This document shows positions 9,013-16,559 of a stretch of DNA of 45,423 nt, piece after piece. The DNA lies in contig JAZDGG010000090.1 in NCBI GenBank assembly GCA_043807225.1, positions 1 to 45,423 on the forward strand. Direction: 5' to 3'. This DNA comes from a bacterium (lineage in GTDB: Bacteria > Patescibacteriota > Patescibacteriia > CAZCGY01). Both the position numbers and the translations under genes were made by a program. Positions within the stretch are counted from its first letter, which is position 1. Every line of letters starts with the position of its first letter. The notes below the pieces were generated by a model. It was not told the origin of the DNA, searched no databases, and saw only the letters and a list, made by a program, of their open reading frames with translations.

Positions 9013-10336
9013 GGTTGATCCTTTCCGGTTTATACCCTGTTAATTTTTCCCACCGCCGAAGGATAACCTGGGCGTATGTGGGTGATTTCTCCATCAAGAA
9101 GCATCGACGTTGCATCTTGGTGGCAGCGATGAGTGTTGATCCACTCCCACCGAATGGTTCGAGGATTAAGTCGTGTCGTTTCGTGAGAACCTTGATGTAT
9201 GGAATAAGGATTTCCAGCGGCTTGGTGCCGAAGATAATTCCTTGTCCCGAACTCTTCTCGTCTGAGGCGTGGTACTCGATGAAGTCCGTCGGAAGATACT
9301 TCTTGCCCTTTTCGTAGTGCTCCCAGTGCGGTTTTCCCGCGATGGCATAAAGCGCCGTTTCGTATTCGTTCTCGAGCAGTTCCAGTTCCTTCGTGTTTAT
9401 TAGGCCGCGATGCTGAGTGGAGGTGCCGACCATTGCAATATCGTGCTTTGAGAAGAAGCGGTACTTGCCGGAGAAACCCTGCTGACGATTATTCAGATGC
9501 CACACTATCATGTTTTTGATTTTCCAATGCTTTTCCATCGCGCCCCAAATAACCCTGATGTTCTTCCAATTTTCGTAGATGATAATGGAGAAGTCTGGCT
9601 TCTGAACTTTCGCGACGTTGGCCATCCACAGCTCGCTGAAGTTTTCGGGCAAGACATCAGTTTCAAGGTAGCGGCGATTTCTCTTTGCGCCGAATCCAGT
9701 GGTGGCGTTGCTGTGTCGCTTTCCTTTGAGATAGTCCAAGATGTATGGCGGGTCCGTGAAACACATGTCCGCCCGCTCTCTTCCCATGAGCTTCAGCATG
9801 TCCGATTCAACCGTCGAGTCACCGCACATCAAGCGTGATTCGCCGAGGCGATAGACATCACTTTTCTTGATGGTGATTTTCTTGATATCGAGCTTGGCGA
9901 GTTCTTTCGATAAATCAAACATTTCCGGAACTTCTGGAGTTTCGAAGACTTCGTCGAGTTCCTCGCTATTGAACCCTATGTTTGCGAGAAAACTCTCATC
10001 GAACTTGGCAAGGAGGCTAAGGTCGAACGCCCCCGTATTTTTATTGAGACGAACATTGAGCTCTTTTTCTTTTCCAAGGTCCGGAATATTAACGAACACA
10101 CATGGTATTTCCTTATAACCCAGCTCTTTCGCCGCCTTTAAGCGCATGTGGCCACCGATGACCACATTTCTTCTCTTTGGGGCTGAATTCACGATGATCG
10201 GATCGACTAACCCGAATCGCTTGATTGATTCTTTGAGCTGACCCAGTTGCTCCGGCGAGTGCGTTCGGGGATTGTACATCGCCGGACGCAAATCCTTGAT
10301 CGAAACTTGGTGGATGGTGAGTTGTTGATTGTTCAT
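9005..10336 (-). CDS. ParB-like nuclease domain fused to an N6/N4 DNA methyltransferase (beta class)
   Basis: ParB N-terminal motifs are IKDLRPAMYNPR and GGHMRLKAAKELGYKEIP. The catalytic motif is CFTDPPY and the AdoMet motif ILEPFGGSGST lies C-terminal to it. This fusion is typical of phage-borne methyltransferases. Confidence 0.85.
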   Translation of the reverse strand: MNNQQLTIHQVSIKDLRPAMYNPRTHSPEQLGQLKESIKRFGLVDPIIVNSAPKRRNVVIGGHMRLKAAKELGYKEIPCVFVNIPDLGKEKELNVRLNKNTGAFDLSLLAKFDESFLANIGFNSEELDEVFETPEVPEMFDLSKELAKLDIKKITIKKSDVYRLGESRLMCGDSTVESDMLKLMGRERADMCFTDPPYILDYLKGKRHSNATTGFGAKRNRRYLETDVLPENFSELWMANVAKVQKPDFSIIIYENWKNIRVIWGAMEKHWKIKNMIVWHLNNRQQGFSGKYRFFSKHDIAMVGTSTQHRGLINTKELELLENEYETALYAIAGKPHWEHYEKGKKYLPTDFIEYHASDEKSSGQGIIFGTKPLEILIPYIKVLTKRHDLILEPFGGSGSTLIAATKMQRRCFLMEKSPTYAQVILRRWEKLTGYKPERINHV

Positions 10337-10343
10337 ACGCGTC

Positions 10344-10727
10344 TTATTTCTTAATAATGAGAACTTTTCTAAGGGAATTTACTTTGCTCAGGAGCGACGA
10401 CTTGAGCTTGATGAGGTTGATTTTTTCTTTAGAGTACGACCTCGGATGCGCCTCAATATCTCGTAAGGTCGCTTGATACCATTGAATTTGCGCCATGAAC
10501 TGATTTCGTGATTCGTCATTCCAAACTCGAACAATTTCATCGATAAGCCTTCTCGTTGTTTGACGTGATAGCCCCAGTTTTGAGGATATTTCTGACACAT
10601 TGAGATACCCCGTTTGTTGCAGATGAGTTTTGATTTCCTGTATGATGCGCTCCCGGACTTCGGGAAGGAGATTCCCATCCAGCGTTCGTTCCTCGGGTTT
10701 GATAAGGGAAAGTTCTGAATTTGCCAT
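10344..10727 (-). CDS. Small HTH protein, putative regulator or packaging accessory
   Basis: LNVSEISSKLGLSRQTTRRLIDEI looks like an HTH. It is the first gene of the minus-strand phage-like block. ATG at 10727. Confidence 0.45.
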   Translation of the reverse strand: MANSELSLIKPEERTLDGNLLPEVRERIIQEIKTHLQQTGYLNVSEISSKLGLSRQTTRRLIDEIVRVWNDESRNQFMAQIQWYQATLRDIEAHPRSYSKEKINLIKLKSSLLSKVNSLRKVLIIKK

Positions 10728-10775
10728 ATGATTAGTGATTAATTCGCTTACCAGTCTAAAGTTTGTAAGTAAGTG

Positions 10776-10806
10776 GATAAAAAACCGCCCAGTCGGTCAG
10801 ACTGGG
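10776..10806 (-). terminator. Rho-independent terminator on the minus strand with no ORF upstream of it
   Basis: The minus strand reads CCCAGTC-TGACC-GACTGGG-CGG-TTTTTT. It lies upstream of the HTH gene start, so it would end a transcript coming from 10.8-11.2 kb. Confidence 0.55.
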
Positions 10807-11282
10807 GGATTCATTAAGGATAGATACCTAATAATAAGGTGTCGTGAACGACGCGTGTCAGAAACTTTTCGCCCATGGTATGTAGGTGGGGCGAAGCTGC
10901 CCTCTGACGAGAGCACCACGAATAAATGGCTCTATCCTACTCTGCCTCTTTCGGGTAAGTTGTGGAGAACGTTTTTATCTGTCTCAACGGTAGCGCTCTT
11001 GGAGAAAAAGTCAATCCTAGATATCCACTCTCGAAGACGCTGGATCACTCATGATAACTCTTGACTGGCTGATGGTTGTTAATAAATTCCTAATTCTCTT
11101 TGAGCAGAAATACTTGGTAATGAATCCCACCACTCTCAGCCAAGATATTGAGATAAGGAACCACCAACTTTCATGGCCGAGAGCATGAAGGATTTTCTCT
11201 CAGATGCTTCTCATGAACAAACGAAACCTTGATTATATCGTCGAAGCGTGCGACAATGTGGTCGATAAATTTTTTGTTGATC

Positions 11283-12143
11283 ATGCCCAAACGCCGTCAA
11301 AAGAAACGAATAGTGAAGCGCGCGTCTGCGCCAAAACGATCGATAAGCGCCGTGAAGATCCAAACTCTCCGTACGCTTACCGATCAAATCGGAGAGATTA
11401 TCCCCGCTACATCTTTTAATAACCGAGGGCTCTGTTTTGCTCGCATCGCGAAAACCAATGGATTAAAGAAGATGTGGCCCGAAGACGGTTCGAAGAAGGA
11501 TCGAATCTTCACTTTCCTTCAGAAAGTATATCGGAGTCATCCGAGGATGTTTTATAAAATCTTCCGTGAAAATTTGCCCCTGGGAATTGAGCGTCGGCAC
11601 AAAGCTGGTAGTCCGGTACTAAAAGCGGAGATTGAAGAACTCAACAAAACATTGAAACTGCTCAACGTGAATCTCTCGACTGAAATTCATGGGTTAGATT
11701 TGCCCGCCGAACGCCCCTCTATTGTGCCGCCTCCGTACGAGTTCAAAAAGATGGTGGATAATATGTCGTTGCACCCGATACTGCAGCCGCAATGCATCAA
11801 ACTTTTTACTGATGGTCATATTAACGAATCGGTACGAAAAGCACTTGAGAAATACGAGAAACACGTTCAGCAGCTCTCCGGTCTGATTGATCCGATCGGG
11901 AAAGGATTGATGGCGAATGCTTTTTCTGAAACCAGCCCCAGGATTCGTATTGGCGATATCACAACCAAGCGGGGTAAGTCGCTACAAGAGGGGATCAAAT
12001 TTCTGTCGATGGGAGCAATGGAATTTTGGAGAAACCTTCTGAGTCACGGTGACGAAAAGCAAATGCCCCACATCGACGCAATAGCCATTTTAGCCACCGT
12101 CAGTCATTTGTTGTATTACATCGAAAATAATCGGATGGCATAA
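11283..12143 (+). CDS. TIGR02391-like (Hypoth_Ymh) C-terminal domain protein with a basic N-terminus
   Basis: LHPILQPQCIKLFTDGHINESVRKALEKYEKHV...GLMANAFS...QEGIKFLSMGAMEFWRNLLSHGDE follows the family pattern, including the RNxxxH motif. ATG 11283 (MPKRRQKKR). The track ORF starts earlier at an alternative codon. Confidence 0.65.
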   Translation: MPKRRQKKRIVKRASAPKRSISAVKIQTLRTLTDQIGEIIPATSFNNRGLCFARIAKTNGLKKMWPEDGSKKDRIFTFLQKVYRSHPRMFYKIFRENLPLGIERRHKAGSPVLKAEIEELNKTLKLLNVNLSTEIHGLDLPAERPSIVPPPYEFKKMVDNMSLHPILQPQCIKLFTDGHINESVRKALEKYEKHVQQLSGLIDPIGKGLMANAFSETSPRIRIGDITTKRGKSLQEGIKFLSMGAMEFWRNLLSHGDEKQMPHIDAIAILATVSHLLYYIENNRMA

Positions 12144-12144
12144 T

Positions 12145-12483
12145 ATGCAAATCACCATTTCTTTTAATTGGCCGCCAGCAACCGAATCCGCACGCGTATT
12201 CTTCGGTTCATTCAATATAGAAGATCCTAACTTCTTGGTAAAAGTGGGCGTTATCACGAAGGCCGATCCGGTACACGTGCGTTGGTTGAAGGCTCAGTTT
12301 CTTGATAATGACATGCTGAATGACCTTACATTCGATGTGAAACGAGGCGATAAAGTAGTCGTGGAAAAATATGCGAAAGAAAATAAGACCACGCCTGTCG
12401 GAAGTTATAGCTGGGATACGGGCGAGAAATGGCCACCGGAAGCCAATGGCGGTACGAGCACTGATATTCCATGGGCATTCTGA
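12145..12483 (+). CDS. Hypothetical 112-aa protein, tightly coupled to the TIGR02391-like gene
   Basis: ATG 12145 lies 1 nt after the TAA at 12141-12143. I recognise no motif. Confidence 0.5.
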   Translation: MQITISFNWPPATESARVFFGSFNIEDPNFLVKVGVITKADPVHVRWLKAQFLDNDMLNDLTFDVKRGDKVVVEKYAKENKTTPVGSYSWDTGEKWPPEANGGTSTDIPWAF

Positions 12484-12747
12484 TTTGTAAACTTTCGATG
12501 AAAAAACGGCTAGTATCGTGCCCGGGTGCATCCTCAAAACCATCGAAATGAGACATGAAACGCAACCCCTTAAGGTCTGTCTCATTTGTCTCAAATCTCC
12601 CTGAAAATCGCTAAAGACCCACAAACCCCTTCAAAGGGTTGGTTCTAGACCGGAGTGGCGAGCCAATCATCAACGCTGCTTCCCAACCGACCCCTCTCCG
12701 GTTCGGTTGTGGTGGGTTGTGATACAATCTCTGCGTAGCACGTTACT

Positions 12748-13398
12748 ATGCAGGCAACTCATCTCCACAAAAAAGTGAACGACCTCCAAACGCAGTTTGG
12801 GGATTCTCGGCTTGCACCAATCTATGGAGCGGGGTGTATCAAGCATCCGGTGCTGATGCTGGTTTTTATGAATCCGACGGGAAAGAACGTTGCCGCAAAG
12901 AAGTCCTGGCGAGGTTTACGGGCGCCATGGCTTGGAACAAAAAATGTCTGGAAGTTGCTCCATCGCATCCGTGCCATCTCGACGGCTCATTTTCGCGCGA
13001 CACAGCAATTGAAACCAAGTGAGTGGACGCCGGCGTTCTGCAAATCGCTCTATAGCGAAATAGCAACACATCGGATTTTCATTACGAATTTAGCGAAATG
13101 CACCCAACAGAATGCACGGCCGCTCGCAAACACCATTTTTGAAAAATATCTGAAAGTTTTTCAAGAGGAAGTACAATTCGTCAAACCGGAGAAAATCATT
13201 CTTTTTGGTAATCAAGTAAGCTCAATTCTTCTGCGCAAGCGGATTTCTGTTCGCGATTATCCAGGTATACAATATGAAAGAATCACCATCAGCAATGCCC
13301 AGTATCTCGCATATCCAACGTGGTATCCTGTTGGTCAGGGGATGAGGAATCTTCATTTGGCAATTCAAAGAATCCGCAAGATTATTGCAGAGATATAA
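12748..13398 (+). CDS. Uracil-DNA glycosylase superfamily protein
   Basis: LMLVFMNPTGKN resembles motif A of MUG/SMUG-type enzymes (G-I/M-N-P-G). FITNLAKC and ILFGNQVS are typical of the UDG fold. I did not assign a subfamily. Confidence 0.55.
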   Translation: MQATHLHKKVNDLQTQFGDSRLAPIYGAGCIKHPVLMLVFMNPTGKNVAAKKSWRGLRAPWLGTKNVWKLLHRIRAISTAHFRATQQLKPSEWTPAFCKSLYSEIATHRIFITNLAKCTQQNARPLANTIFEKYLKVFQEEVQFVKPEKIILFGNQVSSILLRKRISVRDYPGIQYERITISNAQYLAYPTWYPVGQGMRNLHLAIQRIRKIIAEI

Positions 13399-13456
13399 CG
13401 ATGCCCCCGTCCCTTGTGGGGCGTCATTGCCTGTCTCTTTGGAGAGAGAATCTCTC

Positions 13457-14809
13457 CTACCTCAGCGAAACCAGCGTTGCGACGGCGACGATGAAGAGGA
13501 AAATCGTAATGACCCAGCCGAACGTTTTCAACACCGGGCCGTTTGCATGGCTCCCCATAATCTTCTTGTTGCTCGAAAGAAGAACGATCATGACCAGAGC
13601 GACGGGCGCCACGATGCCGTTCAGCACCGCAGCGTAAATGAGCGCCTTGATCGGGTCGAGGCCGAGAAAGTTGATAAAAAGCCCCACAGCCATCGAGACG
13701 ATGATGACGCCGTAAAACGCGTAAGCATCCTTTAACTTTCGGTAGAGCCCCTCCTTCCAGCGGAAGCTTTCTGAGAGCGCATACGCGGCGGAGCCGGCGA
13801 GCACGGGAATCGCGAGCAAGCCGATGCCGATGATACCGACGGCGAACAGAAAATAGCTCGCGGCACCCGCAAGCGGGCGAAGTGCCTCCGCGGCTTGCGC
13901 GGCGGTCTGAATGCTCGTGATGCCTGAGGCGTGCAGCACTGCCGCGCATGCGAGGATGATGAAAAACATCACCGCGTTTGAATAGAACATGCCCGTCCAG
14001 ACGTCCACGCGCATAGAGTGGATATGCAGGGAATTCACCGCATGCACGCGCTGAGCAATCGTTGTCTTTCCATGAAGGATTTCTTCCTCCACCTCCTGCG
14101 ATGTCTGCCAAAAGAAAAGGTATGGCGAAATCGTGGTCCCGAGAATCCCGCAGATGAGAATAATCTGATCTTTCGAGAATGTTATTGTCGGGATAATGGT
14201 GTGGTGCAGAACGCTCCGCAGATCAATTCCGCGGATGGTGATCGCAGTGACGACATACGCGAGCAGCACCAGAGACAGCCACTTGAGATATCGGGAATAG
14301 ACGGAGTATGACGTAAAGATTTGAAGCAGCACACAAACGACGGTAAATGCGATCAACAGCAGCCCATAGCGAAGCTCAGGGCTCAGAAGCCGCGTCGCTT
14401 CTGCCATCGCGCCAAGGTCCGCGCCGATATTGAATGTATTGGCGATGAAAAGCAAGAAGGCGCTGAGATAGAGCACCCACCGCGGAAAGTGCAGACGGAT
14501 ATTTGACGCGAGTCCGCGTCCGGTCACCAGCCCGATGCGCGCGCACATCTCCTGAACGATGGCCATGAACGGGAATGTGAACGCCGCGAGCCACAGCAAC
14601 TGAAAACCGTAGCGGCTGCCCGTTTGTGAATAGGTTGCAATGCCCGAAGGATCGTCATCCGCGGCGCCGGTCGTCAGTCCCGGCCCAAGCTGATGCCAGA
14701 ACTTCCCCGCTTTTCGTATCGGCGATTCTTGGGCAATCTTCTTCTTGATGGATCGGTGATGTTCGGCAGGGGAGAGCGTCGGTTGCTCCGTCGGGGTCGG
14801 GTGAGCCAT
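13457..14809 (-). CDS. mntH: NRAMP-family divalent metal transporter
   Basis: LGPGLTTGAADDDPSGIATYSQTGSRYGFQLLW, followed by about 11 hydrophobic segments. ATG at 14809 (MAHPTPTEQ). The track ORF extends to an alternative start at 14884. Confidence 0.85.
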   Translation of the reverse strand: MAHPTPTEQPTLSPAEHHRSIKKKIAQESPIRKAGKFWHQLGPGLTTGAADDDPSGIATYSQTGSRYGFQLLWLAAFTFPFMAIVQEMCARIGLVTGRGLASNIRLHFPRWVLYLSAFLLFIANTFNIGADLGAMAEATRLLSPELRYGLLLIAFTVVCVLLQIFTSYSVYSRYLKWLSLVLLAYVVTAITIRGIDLRSVLHHTIIPTITFSKDQIILICGILGTTISPYLFFWQTSQEVEEEILHGKTTIAQRVHAVNSLHIHSMRVDVWTGMFYSNAVMFFIILACAAVLHASGITSIQTAAQAAEALRPLAGAASYFLFAVGIIGIGLLAIPVLAGSAAYALSESFRWKEGLYRKLKDAYAFYGVIIVSMAVGLFINFLGLDPIKALIYAAVLNGIVAPVALVMIVLLSSNKKIMGSHANGPVLKTFGWVITIFLFIVAVATLVSLR

Positions 14810-15049
14810 GGTTGATGGAGAAAAGAGAGTACCTGTAGTGTACCAGAGCCCGGCGGAGACCGGCCAGCGCGCCTTCGCTTGCATTTTTTCGCCATTCCTC
14901 TATACTATGAAATTGCCCGTTGGACTGTGCGAAAAGGGGGGAGAGTCGTCAGTCCAAGCGAGCAGATTCGACGCATTCGGCTTCGTTCGAGGAGGCCGAG
15001 AGCGAATGAGCAACATCCTCGGACGAGAGATTATTAACGGGATTCAACC

Positions 15050-15358
15050 GTGGCAAAGAAGTTATATGTTGGTGGTCTGTCCTACGATACCACCGAAGAT
15101 GGTCTGCGCGAGGCATTTGCTAAGGCAGGCTCGGTGGTTTCAGCCACCATCATTCTGGACCGGATGTCGGGTCGCTCCAAGGGTTTTGGATTCGTGGAGT
15201 ACGGTGCCGACGAAGAGGCTCAAGCCGCCATTGATATGTGGAACGGCAAAGAGCTCGACGGCCGGCGTCTTACCGTCAACGAAGCACGCCCAATGACCCC
15301 ACGCGCACCGCGCAGTGGTGGTGGATTCGGCGGCGGACGCAGCTCCTCGAACTGGTAA
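15050..15358 (+). CDS. RRM-type RNA-binding protein with a Gly-rich tail
   Basis: KLYVGGLSYD (RNP2), KGFGFVEY (RNP1) and a SGGGFGGGRSS tail. GTG start. Confidence 0.85.
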   Translation: MAKKLYVGGLSYDTTEDGLREAFAKAGSVVSATIILDRMSGRSKGFGFVEYGADEEAQAAIDMWNGKELDGRRLTVNEARPMTPRAPRSGGGFGGGRSSSNW

Positions 15359-15378
15359 TTCACTTCGAGAAGATGAAG

Positions 15379-15427
15379 CTCGCCCCTCGGCTCACCCCGC
15401 TCAGCGGGGTCGCTCGGGGCGAGTTTT
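15379..15427 (+). terminator. Compound rho-independent terminator after the RRM gene
   Basis: Outer stem CTCGCCCC / GGGGCGAG encloses inner ACCCCGC-TCA-GCGGGGT and is followed by TTTT. Confidence 0.7.
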
Positions 15428-15512
15428 GGTTTCTCGACTTTTTTCTCAAAACAGCGTAGGATGCTTCTACTGTTCTTTTCGGCAGGTAATGCATCGCTTC
15501 AAGGAGGAAGTC

Positions 15513-16196
15513 ATGCGTCGAACACGGGGTTGGTTGTTGCAGTGGTTCGGTCTCCTTCTGCTCTCATCGCCGCCGGGCACCGTTCGGGCGACGCCTCCTG
15601 GCGTCAATTGGAGCATCCGTCTTCAACACGCCATTGTTTCCCATCCGTGCGAGGGGGTTCGCGATACGCTGAACACCCTTATCATCAACGGGGATGTCCT
15701 GCTCAACTTCGAGGAGGGTCTTGCGGGTGCCGGATCCGGCGACGCGACCATCTTTTTGGCGGCGATCGATGGTGGCGACATCCGTCCGGTGCTCAACGTC
15801 AGCCCGTCGGTTCTCGACGATGCCGTCGACGACACCTACCGGTATCGGGTGCTCTGGCACGAATATGTGCTTCTGCGCAAACTGCTTCTTGGCCAGACGT
15901 CGGCGGAGTACTTCTCTCTCAAGGAACGAGGGACGATCTACACCGAGGAAGAGCTTCGTACAGTTTTTGTGAATGAAGTGGATGCGACGTGTGCAGAGTG
16001 TCAGCTCGCGATAAGCAAGAACTGGCCAATTCAAGATTCGCTCTGCGCTGCCTTTCTGGCAGACGGGAAGCGCGGCGTTCGTCGGGAGCTTGCCAGTCGA
16101 TACGCCACAATGCCGCAATGGGAGCGCCTGCTCCCACTACTCGAGCAGCTCTGCCGTGGCGTGGCGGTCTCCGCTTCTCCATCATCGTTCTTCTAA
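15513..16196 (+). CDS. Secreted hypothetical protein
   Basis: AAGGAGG lies 5 nt upstream of ATG 15513. The N-terminus MRRTRGWLLQWFGLLLLSSPPGTVRA is signal-like. The track ORF from 15315 overlaps the RRM gene and its terminator. Confidence 0.6.
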   Translation: MRRTRGWLLQWFGLLLLSSPPGTVRATPPGVNWSIRLQHAIVSHPCEGVRDTLNTLIINGDVLLNFEEGLAGAGSGDATIFLAAIDGGDIRPVLNVSPSVLDDAVDDTYRYRVLWHEYVLLRKLLLGQTSAEYFSLKERGTIYTEEELRTVFVNEVDATCAECQLAISKNWPIQDSLCAAFLADGKRGVRRELASRYATMPQWERLLPLLEQLCRGVAVSASPSSFF

Positions 16197-16217
16197 GACC
16201 CCATCTGGGGTCTTTTT
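16196..16217 (+). terminator. Rho-independent terminator
   Basis: AGACCCC-ATCT-GGGGTCT followed by TTTT, directly after the stop codon. Confidence 0.75.
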
Positions 16218-16263
16218 CCTATAAAAAATAATATCGAGAAATGAGTCCGGAAGCATTTCTGTG

Positions 16264-16292
16264 GAAAAACAAAACCGCCTCTGTTCGGCGGC
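16264..16292 (-). terminator. Rho-independent terminator of the small peptide gene
   Basis: The minus strand reads CCGCC-GAACAGA-GGCGG-TTTTGTTTTT, 22 nt after the TGA. Confidence 0.65.
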
Positions 16293-16313
16293 CCTGTTTC
16301 GCTGCCCCCCACC

Positions 16314-16469
16314 TCATTTGCAGCGCGGGTTGAACTGACACTTGATGCAGCCCCAGGTCTTGCAGATCACCTCCGGTGCCGGTTGACTGATGGTATATGC
16401 GGAGACGAGCGGTGTCGCGATGAGCGCGAGAAATGCTGCAATGACGAGACCGAGAAGAAGTTTTTTCAT
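16314..16469 (-). CDS. 51-aa secreted Cys-rich peptide, below the ORF-track length cutoff
   Basis: My hand translation of the minus strand is MKKLLLGLVIAAFLALIATPLVSAYTISQPAPEVICKTWGCIKCQFNPRCK*. AAGGGGGTGA RBS lies 5 nt upstream of the ATG. It has a classic signal peptide with a VSA cleavage motif, a 27-aa mature part with 4 Cys, and its own terminator. Confidence 0.65.
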   Translation of the reverse strand: MKKLLLGLVIAAFLALIATPLVSAYTISQPAPEVICKTWGCIKCQFNPRCK

Positions 16470-16502
16470 CGAATCACCCCCTTACGTTGATTATTGTTCA
16501 CT

Positions 16503-16539
16503 CAAGAAAAACCTCGTCGATCGGCTGTGACCGACGAGG
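16503..16539 (-). terminator. Rho-independent terminator after the C25-like gene
   Basis: The minus strand reads CCTCGTCG-(12 nt)-CGACGAGG-TTTTTCTTG. Confidence 0.7.
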
Positions 16540-16559
16540 AAGAACTTGAAAGAACCGCC

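Larger units (their letters stand above)
5584..10727 (-). mobile_element. Phage-derived block (HTH, ParB-MTase, TerS, TerL, serine integrase) without structural genes: prophage remnant or satellite-like element
   Basis: Five co-directional genes that overlap or lie close together. No portal, capsid or tail genes occur anywhere in the window. The true element borders were not determined. Confidence 0.6.

Noticed and set aside
10890-10915. A CTGACGAG motif preceded by GAAAC and a hairpin, which looks superficially like a hammerhead ribozyme core
   Set aside because: The order and spacing do not allow three helices around the core. There is no room for stem I between the hairpin and CUGACGA, and the flanks proposed for stem II are not complementary. 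This is most likely chance.
10735-11064. A 109-aa + strand ORF, and the 71-aa ORF 11204..11419, in the large intergenic gap
   Set aside because: The first uses a non-ATG start, and neither has a clear RBS. The first has an implausible composition and crosses a terminator hairpin. The second is out of frame and overlaps the better-supported start of the TIGR02391-like gene.
15315-15512. The upstream extension of ORF 15315..16196
   Set aside because: It overlaps the RRM gene 3' end and runs through that gene's terminator hairpin. ATG 15513 has a consensus AAGGAGG RBS.
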